57,986 nucleotides of DNA. Origin: a virus. Its lineage: Duplodnaviria > Caudoviricetes. Location: positions 1-57,986 of the IMG/VR virus record IMGVR_UViG_3300043451_000103; one strand, written 5' to 3'. Each line of letters opens with the position of its first letter. Positions within the stretch are counted from its first letter, which is position 1. A model generated the notes under the pieces. It had not been told where the DNA came from and searched no databases. It was given only the letters and a program-made list of their open reading frames with translations. Made by a program: the position numbers and the translations under genes. Positions 27,491 to 38,098 of this stretch are shown here, one piece after another.

Positions 27491-30400
27491 TGTTTGGTAA
27501 TAAAGATCTTTTAGACACTTTACAAAAATCAAATGATATTTCAGTATCATCTTTGATTCTTGCTGAGTTTAATATGAATATAGCAACTAATTTTGCAAAG
27601 ATTGGAAACTATAGATATAGACCAAATGATACTTCGTCAATTTATCACACATTAATGTCAAAGTATGATAAAAATGATGCTGGTAGCTACTATACTGGTG
27701 CAACAGACGCAGATATTACAATTGATGGCGGTATTGACGAGTCAGATATGCCACTTAAGTTTACTGCACCAGTCGAACAAACCAAACTGCTATTTTCCTT
27801 AGAAGATTGCTTTGACAAATTTAGACCACGTTCTGGAATAAACAAAGCAAAGTATTTCTCAGATAGATTCTTCCACTATAGTGGTCCAGATATGGCAAAA
27901 AGGCCAAGGTATTATATAGCTACAAAAAATGATTCATTTAAGTATTGGACATCAGATAGAATTGAAAATGGTACTAGAGGTATTTCATATCCAATAAAAA
28001 GTGGTAACAACACAACATACATGATTGACGATGCATCACCATTTATTGTATATTCAGAAAGTGTCCCTGCAAATAGACTTGTAGTCAAGATGCAAACACA
28101 TATTGGATCAATCAATAATGGTCCTTTTGTTTCTAAATCTGGAAGTACATTTGAAGACCCATTCTATGGAGATGCGAATGCAAAGGTGCCAACAAAATGG
28201 AAAATCCAAGTACTTGATGAAGCAGACACCTGGATAGACGCTGTATCATTTTCCCCATCAGATAAAAGACTAGATGGTACAGCTATCATTGGTAATGATG
28301 GATATGTAGAGGCATATTATGGATTGCTAATTCCAACCGAATACTCTAAGATATTTAAGTATAAGCGTCAATTTGTTTCAAGTCAGATGGTTCCTGTAAA
28401 CTCTGAAATTGGTGATTCATATTTAGTCAAAACATCTGACACAGATTCTGGTACATTCTATGTTTATACATCTAATGGGTACAAAACTTTTGCTGCTAAA
28501 TATGGCTGGGCATTGTCACAAAATGATGTTATTGATTATAGAAATGTTGTGAATGTAACTTCATCAGATGAAAAATATTTTAATCCACTAACTAGTAAAA
28601 ATGAGTACAGCAAGTACCAAAAAATTCGTGGTATAAGAGTTGCTGTAGAACAGATGAATACAAATAACTCTTCATTTGACCTAATAGAAATGTCTCCAAG
28701 ACTAGTATTGGACTTTACAGAAATGACAAATTCTCTTTCAGTAACTAAGAGTTTGTCTGATTTGGGAAATGCTGGAATGCCAGTTGGTCAGTTGTTGGCA
28801 TCTGTTGGCTCTCTAGAACTGTTTGATTACAATGAAGTATTTAATCCAAATAATAAAAATAGCATAATTGCCAACTATCTTGATCAAATGTTTAAGTTTA
28901 TGATCTATGAAAGATTGTCAGATTCAAATGGAAATGCATACCTTGTTCCAATTAAAACAATGTATTCTGCCAATAGGCCATCAGTTAAAGCTGCAACAAG
29001 AGATGTTTCAGTTGAGTTAAGAGACCTATCATTCTTATTTGAGCAATTATCAGCACCAGAATTGCTAATGGTAGATGTATCAATCAGTGTTATTATTTCA
29101 ACATTGCTAGACTCTATTGGTTTTTCAAACTATAAATTCTTGAGAATGTCTGGAGATCAAGACTTAATTGTCCCATACTTCTATACGTCACAAGATCAGT
29201 CAGTTATGCAGGTATTGCAAGAGCTGGCAGTGTCATCACAATATGCGATGTTCTTTGACGAAGAAAATAACTTTGTTGTTATGTCACGTAGCTACTTATT
29301 GCCAGACTCTGTAGCACCAAGAGATACAGATATAATTTTGAGTGGAGAAAAGACTAACACTCTATTTGCAAATATTGAAGATATTTCTATGCAAGAGATG
29401 AAGGTTTTTAATGGTGGTACCATAAACTACCAAGAAAAATATATTCAAAGATCATATGGTTCTGTTAAGCAAGCATCAATGATTGATAGAAATAAAACAT
29501 GGATATACAAGCCTGTTTTGTTATGGGAAGCTTCTGGATCTCTAAATACTAAAACACAAAACGGACAAATCTCAAATCAGTCTGCGTATACACTTGCAGC
29601 CATCCCTCTGAATTCAACGCTATCAAGTGATGTGCCAACTGTAGTTAATGGAGTTATTCAAAACAACACTATAGATTTTGGTGAAGGGGTATACTTCATA
29701 ACAAGATATAATGGATACTTCTTCTCAAGTGGAGAAATCATTAAGTTTGATGCTGTTCAATATTCAATTTCTGGACAGTCAGCACCAGTATGGATTCAAA
29801 GCACTCAAGAATATTCTAATTATTTCCAGCAGGTAAAATTTGGTGGCACCATGTTCCCAACTGGACTTGTAAGAATTTATTGCGAACCAAAGTATGAAAC
29901 AGTAAATGGTATTACCAAATTTAAAGATGGTGCAGTAAGCAAGCATGGTCGTGGTCAATTTGGAACAACTATTACAACACACTCCTACGGTCTTGATGCT
30001 AAATGGTCAAATTCTGATGGATCTAATCCAACACGTGGATGCAAGATGTCTCTATCAGATCTTCTTCTTTTTGATGTAGAAAAGGCAAAAACTAAAAGCG
30101 TGGCATCAAGGGTTGCATCAGCAGGTGTTGATAATTCAACAGTATCTAGTGCTACCAGAAATGGTGTCATTAGAAACTCATTAAGTGGAAATTATAAAAC
30201 TGAAAGCGAAGTAAGCCAACTCAAGATTGCAGAAGTTGGAACAGTTCAGTCTTCAGCATTAGTATTTACTGGACCAACATTTTCTAATGAGGTCAAGGCT
30301 ACTGATTATTTAAGCTATGTCCCAATTGGTATCTCAAGACCATTCTCTCATTTTGGAACCAGAATGAGAATTATTGGTAGAGCAGAAAATGGAACAAACA

Positions 30401-31752
30401 AAACACAAACTCCATATGGCTCAATGGGATATTACTCAGATGGAAAGATTGGTGGCTCATCTGGTGGTTTGGCGGTAATGCTTAATCCATCAACCAATAA
30501 CGGATACTATTTTGAAATTATTGCTCTAACTGATGATACAATCACTGGCAACGAAGATGTTACACTAAATAATGTTTTATTTTATAAGCTAAAAGCAGAT
30601 GGTTCTGGTAATGCTGTACCAATTAAGTTGTGGTCAGGACTTGCCAACATCCTAGTTGACTCTGGCAATTTTGCAGGACAGTCAAGATTAAACTCTCAGC
30701 AAAATCCAACAGTATATGACCTAGCAGTAGAATATGAGAATATTGATAAAGCATCTACTAGAAGATTCTATCTATATATAAATAATCAATGTGTAGCAAT
30801 TGTTGATGATACAGATCCATTGCCAGAGTATAGAGACAGTGCATTATTTATTCGTGGCACCTCAAGAGTAATGTTTGAAAATGTATATGCAATTGCTAAA
30901 AAGATTTCAATAGATACATCTGCAAGCTTGTCTACACCACTTACTTCAATTTTTGATGACGGTACATTAGACATATCAGAATCGTTAAGAAAATATTCTA
31001 TGAGTGGTGCAGTACAAAAAGCATATCTATCAGAAATTAATGGCCAGCAAGGGCCAGGACATGACATCTTCTTTGAAGAATTTGGGTCTATCATGCGTGA
31101 AGCTGCATACTTTAACATTAAGTATGACAAGGCATTCCCAGCTCTATCAGCTAAAATTTCTCCAACCTTTAATAAGGTGAGAGGATATACAGTATCTGGA
31201 TTTATGCCAAGTGCATATGGAGCAGAGTTCTTAGTTTTCAACCATACTGATAGCGTTATTAGTCTAGATGAAACAACTGGCAATTATCTGAGAATTCAGG
31301 GAGTAACCTTTACCCAAAATTCAGATAGAAAAATGACACTAGATGATTACTATAAAAATAATAGTGATTTTTCAAATGTTGATTTTGTAGTTACTGGGAT
31401 AAATTCACCACTGAAAGCACAAAAAGAATATTTTGATTTACGTACCAGTAGATCAACTTATGGCAAAAATGAATTCTCTATTGATGCTAAATATATTCAG
31501 AATGAAGATTCTGCTAGAGACCTTATGGGTTGGCTTGCTTCTAAAATTCTTAAACCAAGAAAGGCAATTGGTATGTCTGTATTTGCAGGATCCATAGTTC
31601 AACTTGGAGATATAGTTCAGATATTCTGGACAGATGACCAAGGTATTGACCAACTAGTTGATAGGAATAAAAAGTTTATTGTATATAACATAGAGTATAA
31701 ACTATCTGGAGATGGACCTTCAAGCACATTGTACGTAAGTGAGGTAATCTAA
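27490..31752 (+). CDS. Large tail tip/hub protein
   Basis: 1420 aa; LQELA...AMFFDEENNFVV and IVQLGDIV motifs typical of hub proteins. Confidence 0.65.
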   Translation: MFGNKDLLDTLQKSNDISVSSLILAEFNMNIATNFAKIGNYRYRPNDTSSIYHTLMSKYDKNDAGSYYTGATDADITIDGGIDESDMPLKFTAPVEQTKLLFSLEDCFDKFRPRSGINKAKYFSDRFFHYSGPDMAKRPRYYIATKNDSFKYWTSDRIENGTRGISYPIKSGNNTTYMIDDASPFIVYSESVPANRLVVKMQTHIGSINNGPFVSKSGSTFEDPFYGDANAKVPTKWKIQVLDEADTWIDAVSFSPSDKRLDGTAIIGNDGYVEAYYGLLIPTEYSKIFKYKRQFVSSQMVPVNSEIGDSYLVKTSDTDSGTFYVYTSNGYKTFAAKYGWALSQNDVIDYRNVVNVTSSDEKYFNPLTSKNEYSKYQKIRGIRVAVEQMNTNNSSFDLIEMSPRLVLDFTEMTNSLSVTKSLSDLGNAGMPVGQLLASVGSLELFDYNEVFNPNNKNSIIANYLDQMFKFMIYERLSDSNGNAYLVPIKTMYSANRPSVKAATRDVSVELRDLSFLFEQLSAPELLMVDVSISVIISTLLDSIGFSNYKFLRMSGDQDLIVPYFYTSQDQSVMQVLQELAVSSQYAMFFDEENNFVVMSRSYLLPDSVAPRDTDIILSGEKTNTLFANIEDISMQEMKVFNGGTINYQEKYIQRSYGSVKQASMIDRNKTWIYKPVLLWEASGSLNTKTQNGQISNQSAYTLAAIPLNSTLSSDVPTVVNGVIQNNTIDFGEGVYFITRYNGYFFSSGEIIKFDAVQYSISGQSAPVWIQSTQEYSNYFQQVKFGGTMFPTGLVRIYCEPKYETVNGITKFKDGAVSKHGRGQFGTTITTHSYGLDAKWSNSDGSNPTRGCKMSLSDLLLFDVEKAKTKSVASRVASAGVDNSTVSSATRNGVIRNSLSGNYKTESEVSQLKIAEVGTVQSSALVFTGPTFSNEVKATDYLSYVPIGISRPFSHFGTRMRIIGRAENGTNKTQTPYGSMGYYSDGKIGGSSGGLAVMLNPSTNNGYYFEIIALTDDTITGNEDVTLNNVLFYKLKADGSGNAVPIKLWSGLANILVDSGNFAGQSRLNSQQNPTVYDLAVEYENIDKASTRRFYLYINNQCVAIVDDTDPLPEYRDSALFIRGTSRVMFENVYAIAKKISIDTSASLSTPLTSIFDDGTLDISESLRKYSMSGAVQKAYLSEINGQQGPGHDIFFEEFGSIMREAAYFNIKYDKAFPALSAKISPTFNKVRGYTVSGFMPSAYGAEFLVFNHTDSVISLDETTGNYLRIQGVTFTQNSDRKMTLDDYYKNNSDFSNVDFVVTGINSPLKAQKEYFDLRTSRSTYGKNEFSIDAKYIQNEDSARDLMGWLASKILKPRKAIGMSVFAGSIVQLGDIVQIFWTDDQGIDQLVDRNKKFIVYNIEYKLSGDGPSSTLYVSEVI

Positions 31753-32582
31753 TGGCTAATAAAACAGTAAAAGTAGAAAAGGGTGATACTCTTAGTGCTC
31801 TAGCTAAAGAGTCTGGAGTATCTCTAAAGTCTTTAATTCAGGCTAATCCTCAGATTAAAAATCCTAATTTAATTCATGTTGGTCAAAAGATAAATATTCC
31901 AACTAAAAGCTCTACTCCTGCAAAAAGCAATAATCAGACAGCTTCACCATCAACGCCATCATATTCCACTACAGTGGCTGATAGAACAGATGAGAAAAAT
32001 ACAAAAAATGCTCAATCTGGACAAGGTAGTGTAACTGGCTCCTCTAGTTCCTCTGGATCTTCAGGATCTTCTGGATCATCAGATGAGTCTTCTAGCGGTG
32101 GAGGAACATCTGCTACACCAAATACACCAGGATCAACATCTAGTGGTAGTGAAAAGCCTACAGCAAAGGCAGCTACACCAGATTTAATTCAGTTAAATGA
32201 GGAAGCTTTTCCTGTAGATGCAATTGCAGACTTAATGTTTGAAGATCTCGGCGGTACAGAGATTCTTAATTTTGCTAGACATGACCTTGTAAATGGAATA
32301 GATATTAAGTATCATCAAATATCGAATTTAGATAAAATTGAGAGTATTTATGGTGCATCAAAACTGATCTCTTTACAAGAGACATCAGAGCAAATATTTA
32401 GTAAGTATCCGCTAAAGAGATACAAGTATGTTCCTAACACAACAGATGACCCATCTGGATTCAACAGTCCACTATATCTTGATGCAGATGGCAATTTGAT
32501 AGTTGAGCTGGGTGGCCTAACAAACTCAAATCAGATAGAAGTTGAGTTCCAGGCAGCAGATACTAATGATATAATGTATTGA
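31752..32582 (+). CDS. LysM-domain tail protein with Ser/Gly linker
   Basis: VEKGDTLSALAKESGVSLKSLIQANPQIKNPNLIHVGQKINIP. Confidence 0.85.
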   Translation: MANKTVKVEKGDTLSALAKESGVSLKSLIQANPQIKNPNLIHVGQKINIPTKSSTPAKSNNQTASPSTPSYSTTVADRTDEKNTKNAQSGQGSVTGSSSSSGSSGSSGSSDESSSGGGTSATPNTPGSTSSGSEKPTAKAATPDLIQLNEEAFPVDAIADLMFEDLGGTEILNFARHDLVNGIDIKYHQISNLDKIESIYGASKLISLQETSEQIFSKYPLKRYKYVPNTTDDPSGFNSPLYLDADGNLIVELGGLTNSNQIEVEFQAADTNDIMY

Positions 32583-32592
32583 GGTAAAGAAT

Positions 32593-33963
32593 ATGATAAC
32601 TAATAAAGGGCAACAACTAATTACAAAATATATGATTGGTCAAGCACCATCATATGCTTCTCACATTGCCGTTGGCTGTGGGCCAATGCCATATACCACT
32701 ACACCAGGCCAGTCTGAGATAGCTGCCCAAAGACTAAAGCAAAACCTAGACTTTGAAATGTTTCGTGTTCCAATTACATCAAGAGGTTATGTTACAGAAG
32801 AGTCTGGATCTGCCACAATCACTGGGGCATCTATTTCAAATGGAGTTGTAACATATACTACATCAACAAACTCATTCATTACTGGAGATCGTGTAACAAT
32901 CTCTGGTGTATCACCAAGCCAATTTAACATTTCTGATGCTATTATTATTGATTCTTCACCAACTAACTTTTCTATTAGTAACGCAATCTCAGGTTCTTAT
33001 GTTTCTGGTGGTATTGCAAAAACTTATTACACAGACATTGTTTTAACTGCGGAACTTCCAACAGAAGAAAGATATGAGATTACAGAGGTTGGTCTATTCT
33101 CTGCTAAGGCAAATCCAGATGCAGGATCATACGATAGCAAAACTATTTATTCATTTTCACAAAATGAAAACTGGCAATATCACGGAGTTAATATCGAACC
33201 TATTCCAGTAATCTATTCCCCACTTGACACAAACTCAGCTAACGTGCTTGAGGGAAGTTATACTATAAATGGGCAGCTTAAAGATTGTAAGGTTATTCAC
33301 ACAAATGCAGATAATACATTATTTGCAAATGAGTCTAGAGTAAAGAGATATGAGACTTGTCGATATCTAAATAATGTTGTAGCAATACGTGGAAATTTAA
33401 GTTCACTATCTTATGATCAAAATACTAGAAGAGTTGTTTATAATTCTGGAGACCATATCCATCTAAACAATGTCAAGCTCAATTTTGACAAAAACTCTCC
33501 ATCAGATGAGATTAGATTAGCTTTTTCTGTTATTAACAAGCGAGGTGGAGAACTTGAGAATCCATCAGAGGTAAACTTGATAGTAGAATTTGCACTATCT
33601 GATTCTGCTTCTACAGAATCTGCAAAGTTTGAAGTTCACCTAACTGATGCTCAAGCAGGCTTTACAAATAATAGATATTTTGTAGTATCTAAAAAAATTA
33701 GTGACCTATTTACAACATCAGGTTTTTCTTGGAACCAGGTAACAAGTATTAAGGTTTTTGCATCTGTTAAAGATTCTGCAAATACAATAAATGATCTATT
33801 CTATGTATGCCTTGATGCTCTACGCCTTGAAAATATTGCCACAGTGAATCCACTATATGGAATGTCTGGGTATTCTGTAATTAAGACAGTTGATGGATCA
33901 ACTATTAAAAAGCTTGAGAATACTACAAACCATATTGAGTTTAGATTTGGTGTTGACATCTAA
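32593..33963 (+). CDS. Minor tail/baseplate protein
   Basis: MITNKGQQLI...IAVGCG...ITEVGLF tail-collar-like motifs; inserted beta domain (FITGDRVTISGV). Confidence 0.6.
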   Translation: MITNKGQQLITKYMIGQAPSYASHIAVGCGPMPYTTTPGQSEIAAQRLKQNLDFEMFRVPITSRGYVTEESGSATITGASISNGVVTYTTSTNSFITGDRVTISGVSPSQFNISDAIIIDSSPTNFSISNAISGSYVSGGIAKTYYTDIVLTAELPTEERYEITEVGLFSAKANPDAGSYDSKTIYSFSQNENWQYHGVNIEPIPVIYSPLDTNSANVLEGSYTINGQLKDCKVIHTNADNTLFANESRVKRYETCRYLNNVVAIRGNLSSLSYDQNTRRVVYNSGDHIHLNNVKLNFDKNSPSDEIRLAFSVINKRGGELENPSEVNLIVEFALSDSASTESAKFEVHLTDAQAGFTNNRYFVVSKKISDLFTTSGFSWNQVTSIKVFASVKDSANTINDLFYVCLDALRLENIATVNPLYGMSGYSVIKTVDGSTIKKLENTTNHIEFRFGVDI

Positions 33964-34391
33964 TGGCAAACAAGAAGAATAAAATAGATAAAAGCCTGTT
34001 GCCACTGGTTAACTTTGAAAATAAGTATATTGTAAGATATCGTATTATTGAAGATAAGGTCAAGGCATCTGACTGGTCAATGTTTTATTCTATCCCTGCA
34101 AAGCCAGTTAGGGAAGTTCAGGGTGTAATTAGACATACAGTCGTTGGTTCATCAGCCACTGTCGATATTATTTGGGAAAATACAAACAATCTTCCACTAT
34201 ATGATATTTTTATAAAATATAATAGTTCAGATAAATATACATACCATGGAAAGACTCAGTCATCAAACTATTCTCTTATTCCTGCTGCAGGTAAAACATC
34301 GATTTACGTATTAGTACAGGCTGCATCAGTTCAAAAGAGGGTATCTACACCAAATCTTTTAAAAGTTTTTGAAGGAAATAATAGCTGGTAA
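33963..34391 (+). CDS. Hypothetical tail-region protein (Ig/FN3-like)
   Basis: ORF coupled to the upstream gene by TAATG. Confidence 0.55.
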   Translation: MANKKNKIDKSLLPLVNFENKYIVRYRIIEDKVKASDWSMFYSIPAKPVREVQGVIRHTVVGSSATVDIIWENTNNLPLYDIFIKYNSSDKYTYHGKTQSSNYSLIPAAGKTSIYVLVQAASVQKRVSTPNLLKVFEGNNSW

Positions 34392-34415
34392 TGCTATACT
34401 AGTACAGGAGAAAAA

Positions 34416-34862
34416 ATGTCAAATATCGTAAGAACACCAAGTGCAGGACAGCCAATAGATGCTACATATCTTTTAGAGCTAGCTGATGCAATCAATAAGG
34501 TTGCAGCAAGCGTGTCATCATCACCAACCGCAAAGCTAACTAGCATTCAGACACCATCTGCTGGTGTTCAGACTGTTAAGACAGCTGAGGCATGCTTTGT
34601 TGGAGGGTATACAGAGGTATCCCGTGGTAACGTTTCAGCAGGAACTCCAGTAACTTGGGATTATACATTTCCAACATATTTTAAATATCCTCCAGTAGTT
34701 ACAGCAACGCCAATTGCAATTGCTGGTGCTGATGCTGGATCAGGGGTAACTGTTATGATTAAATCTGTTGGTCAAAATATGGTTAGTGGGACAGCAACAT
34801 TCTCAAGTTCTGGAAACTTGTCTGTGGGTCTTAATATAATTCTTGTTGGCATTCCTAATTAG
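34416..34862 (+). CDS. Small tail fibre/lectin-like protein
   Basis: YTFPTYFKYPPVVTATP motif; own TGCTATACT and SD AGGAG. Confidence 0.55.
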   Translation: MSNIVRTPSAGQPIDATYLLELADAINKVAASVSSSPTAKLTSIQTPSAGVQTVKTAEACFVGGYTEVSRGNVSAGTPVTWDYTFPTYFKYPPVVTATPIAIAGADAGSGVTVMIKSVGQNMVSGTATFSSSGNLSVGLNIILVGIPN

Positions 34863-34868
34863 GATAGT

Positions 34869-35420
34869 ATGGAAAAGAAAAAACACCGTCTAGGTGCAAT
34901 GTCTCGTGAAGAGTATAATAATGCACCAGTAATACCTGGAAGCAAAAAGGTTTACTTTTTGAATGGAGACCTTGTAAGGGTTTATCACTTAAATAGGTCT
35001 AATGGAATAATGTCTGTTTATAATATTATTCAAGATAGAATAGAAAGCTGTCTTATTAGTGATTTTAAAAAGAATCGTGAACGAGCTTTTACTGTAGGAG
35101 AAACTGCCAGTTTAGTTAATCGCCACAAAAAGTATATGCCATCTTTGGTTCGTAGGGGAATTGTTCCTCCTGCAATGGGGTCTCAGAAGGGTGGAAAAAC
35201 TGGGTGGCAGGTAAGATCGTACTATTCTGAGTCGCAAGTTTTTGAACTTCGTGATATACTAGCTTCCTACCATATTGGTGGGCCAAGAAAAGACAAGCTA
35301 ATAACAAATAATATTACCCCAACACGCCAAGAGTTGACAAGGCGTATGGGAGATGGTATACTAACATATACCAAGACAGAAGATGGTAGATTCATTCCAG
35401 TGTGGTCTGAATCAATATAG
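34869..35420 (+). CDS. MerR-like HTH DNA-binding protein
   Basis: FTVGETASLVNRHKKYMPSLVRRGIVP...SYYSESQVFELR. Confidence 0.6.
   Translation: MEKKKHRLGAMSREEYNNAPVIPGSKKVYFLNGDLVRVYHLNRSNGIMSVYNIIQDRIESCLISDFKKNRERAFTVGETASLVNRHKKYMPSLVRRGIVPPAMGSQKGGKTGWQVRSYYSESQVFELRDILASYHIGGPRKDKLITNNITPTRQELTRRMGDGILTYTKTEDGRFIPVWSESI
35334..35362 (+). promoter_or_regulatory. Consensus sigmaA-type promoter for the replication module
   Basis: TTGACA-17 nt-TATACT with TG extension, inside the HTH gene. Confidence 0.8.
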
Positions 35421-35434
35421 TAAGGAAAACGGGT

Positions 35435-35638
35435 ATGGAAAACGAAAACACTAAGATTGGCGTTACGCTAGGTTACACTCTTAATCTAGGCAACTTTCAG
35501 TCGCTACGCATTGATCTAAACATTATTGACAATAAGCGTGAGAATGAAAACATTAACGATGCATTTGAGCGAGTCTATTCGTTCGTAGAAAATAAGTTGG
35601 CTGAAAAGGTCGCTGAAGCTAAGTCAGAAGTAGAATAA
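35435..35638 (+). CDS. Hypothetical protein
   Basis: 67 aa; GYTLNLGNFQSLRID; SD AAGGA. Confidence 0.7.
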   Translation: MENENTKIGVTLGYTLNLGNFQSLRIDLNIIDNKRENENINDAFERVYSFVENKLAEKVAEAKSEVE

Positions 35639-35946
35639 TGGCAGAACGCAAAGACCGTATGGCTTTGCTCAGTCGTTACTCCAAGCTTCACACTCAGCGA
35701 TATGAGCAAAAGCCACAAATCAACATTAATGTTGAGCAATGGGCTGCAGATGCTCTAATTGAATCATATGGCATATCTGAATGCTATGATCTAGTTGCAT
35801 ACTATTTTGATGTTGCACAGAATCCTAGCTGGAAGTATTTTGCTAACTATGCACAAGATATAATTGACAAAAAAGCACAACTAGAAGAAGACAAAAAAGA
35901 AAGAGCAGCAAGACGAGAGATGGCAAAGAGGTGGCTAAATGAGTAA
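35638..35946 (+). CDS. Hypothetical protein (possible helicase accessory)
   Basis: Translationally coupled directly upstream of the helicase gene. Confidence 0.6.
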   Translation: MAERKDRMALLSRYSKLHTQRYEQKPQININVEQWAADALIESYGISECYDLVAYYFDVAQNPSWKYFANYAQDIIDKKAQLEEDKKERAARREMAKRWLNE

Positions 35947-37159
35947 TACGGAATCAAAACTAATCTCTGCAGTCCTACAGGACAAGCAGATGCATGTTTT
36001 ACTACAGGCAAATGTTGATAACATCCTAAAGACTCACAAGGACATCTGGAACTTTATTCGTCTCTACTTTGAGCAAAATGCATCTGTTCCTCCTGTTTCC
36101 CTAGTTGTTGAAAAGTTTCGTGACTTTCAGCCAGAGTCTAGTGTTGGTGCTACAAAACATCACCTAGAAGAGCTACAGTCTGAGTATATGACTGATAGTC
36201 TTAAGGACATTATTCGAACTGCAGCTGCAGAAATTCAGGCAGATAAGGGGCTTGATGCACTAGAAGCCTTGATCTCTAAAACATCTGAGCTACGCAAAAA
36301 TACTGCTGCCATTCGTGATATTGATGCTACAGACCTAGACTCAGCAGTTGCATACTATGAGAATGCTAAAAAGCAAGCAGAGCTTGGCCTATCTGGAATT
36401 AAGACTGGTTTGCCAGGATTTGACAACTATCTTCCTGCTGGAATTATGCCAGGACAGCTGGGCGTTATGCTTGCGTATCCAGGTATTGGTAAGTCATGGC
36501 TATCGCTATATTTTGCGGTACAGGCATGGAAACAGGGCAAGTCACCTATGATTGTATCGCTTGAAATGAGTGAGACAGAAGTTCGTAACCGTGTATTTGC
36601 AATTATGGGCGAAGGACTATGGTCTCACCGTAAGTTATCTGCTGGGCAGATCGAAATTGATGACCTAAAGATGTGGCATAAGAAAGCACTTCAAGGTAAG
36701 CCAGAGTTCCACATTATCTCTAATGATTCTGGTGGAGAGGTAACCCCATCTGTTCTTCGTGGAAAGATTGATCAGTATAAGCCAGACTTTGTTGTAGTTG
36801 ACTATCTACAGCTTATGAGTCCAAATCAAAAGGCTGACTCTGAAACCGTACGTATGAAGAACTTGTCTCGTGAGCTAAAGCTTATGGCTATTAGCGAGGA
36901 AGTTCCAATTATTGCTATTTCGTCTGCTACTCCTGATGATGTTACAAAGCTTGATACTGTTCCTACACTTGGACAGACTGCTTGGTCACGACAGATTGCA
37001 TATGATGCTGACTGGGTACTTGCTCTAGGTCGTGGAACTAATTCTGATATTATTGAGTGTGTATTCCGTAAAAACCGTAATGGCTTTATGGGTGAGTTCC
37101 TTGTTCAGGCAGACTTTGACAAGGGATATTATAAGTACAAGGACTTTGAGGATAAGTAA
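35939..37159 (+). CDS. dnaB: DnaB-like replicative helicase
   Basis: Walker A AYPGIGKS, SLEMS, VVVDYLQLM, IAYDAD, KNRNG. Confidence 0.93.
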   Translation: MSNTESKLISAVLQDKQMHVLLQANVDNILKTHKDIWNFIRLYFEQNASVPPVSLVVEKFRDFQPESSVGATKHHLEELQSEYMTDSLKDIIRTAAAEIQADKGLDALEALISKTSELRKNTAAIRDIDATDLDSAVAYYENAKKQAELGLSGIKTGLPGFDNYLPAGIMPGQLGVMLAYPGIGKSWLSLYFAVQAWKQGKSPMIVSLEMSETEVRNRVFAIMGEGLWSHRKLSAGQIEIDDLKMWHKKALQGKPEFHIISNDSGGEVTPSVLRGKIDQYKPDFVVVDYLQLMSPNQKADSETVRMKNLSRELKLMAISEEVPIIAISSATPDDVTKLDTVPTLGQTAWSRQIAYDADWVLALGRGTNSDIIECVFRKNRNGFMGEFLVQADFDKGYYKYKDFEDK

Positions 37160-38070
37160 TGTATACTACTGATCAAATCAAGAAGGTGCTGGTAGGTTCT
37201 GGTATTGACATCGAAAAAGAGGTGGATACTGACTACATCATCTTCTGCCCATTTCACGCTAATAACAGAACTCCTGCTGGTGAAATAGATAAGAACTCTG
37301 GAAAGTTTTTCTGCTTCTCCTGTCACCACGTTGCAGATTTGGTTGAGGTTGTTATGCACACAACAGGTAGAACCTACTTTGAGGCAGCAAGATTTATCAA
37401 ATCAAAAGAAGGATTGTCCTCCATCACAAATGATATTGAAAAAAAGCTAATTACGGTACCAGACTATGTCCAGTATGACCAGGTTTTGATTAAGCGTCTA
37501 AATGTTCAAGCTTTAGAATCACCAAGAGCAATGAGATATTTTTCTGGTAGGCTTATTACAGAAGCATCTGTAAAAAAGTTTATGCTTGGATTTTCTGAGA
37601 AACAGGATATGGTAACAATTCCAGTCTCTGCACCAGACGGTATGGAGGTAGGTTTTGTTGGTAGATCAATTGAGGGCAAAGATTTCAAAAATACTCCAGG
37701 GCTTCCAAAGTCTAAGGTATTATTTAATTTGCATAGAATTAAAACATCAAGTAGGGTTTATGTGGTAGAATCGTCTTTCGATGCTATTAGATTAGACCAG
37801 GTTGGGATTCCAGCTGTTGCAACACTAGGAGCTAATGTTTCTAGCAAGCAAATCGAACTTCTTCGCAAGTATTTTAACTCTGTATTTGTGATTGCTGATA
37901 ATGATGAAGCAGGAAGTAACATGAGAGATAAGATTATTAAAAGTCTTGGCTCAATGGTTACAACTGTTAAGCTAGATTCAGCATACAAGGACATTGGTGA
38001 CATGCAAGACGAAGACATAAAAAGGCTAGATATGTCATTTGACAAATCAATAATGGCCATGCTACAATAA
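37159..38070 (+). CDS. dnaG: DNA primase (CHC2 Zn finger + TOPRIM)
   Basis: CPFH...CFSC; VVESSFDA; ADNDEAG; KDIGD. Confidence 0.9.
   Translation: MYTTDQIKKVLVGSGIDIEKEVDTDYIIFCPFHANNRTPAGEIDKNSGKFFCFSCHHVADLVEVVMHTTGRTYFEAARFIKSKEGLSSITNDIEKKLITVPDYVQYDQVLIKRLNVQALESPRAMRYFSGRLITEASVKKFMLGFSEKQDMVTIPVSAPDGMEVGFVGRSIEGKDFKNTPGLPKSKVLFNLHRIKTSSRVYVVESSFDAIRLDQVGIPAVATLGANVSSKQIELLRKYFNSVFVIADNDEAGSNMRDKIIKSLGSMVTTVKLDSAYKDIGDMQDEDIKRLDMSFDKSIMAMLQ
38039..38068 (+). promoter_or_regulatory. sigmaA-type promoter for the SSB gene
   Basis: TTGACA-18 nt-TACAAT with TG extension. Confidence 0.7.
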
Positions 38071-38098
38071 AATACAAACAAAAAATAAGGAGAACACC

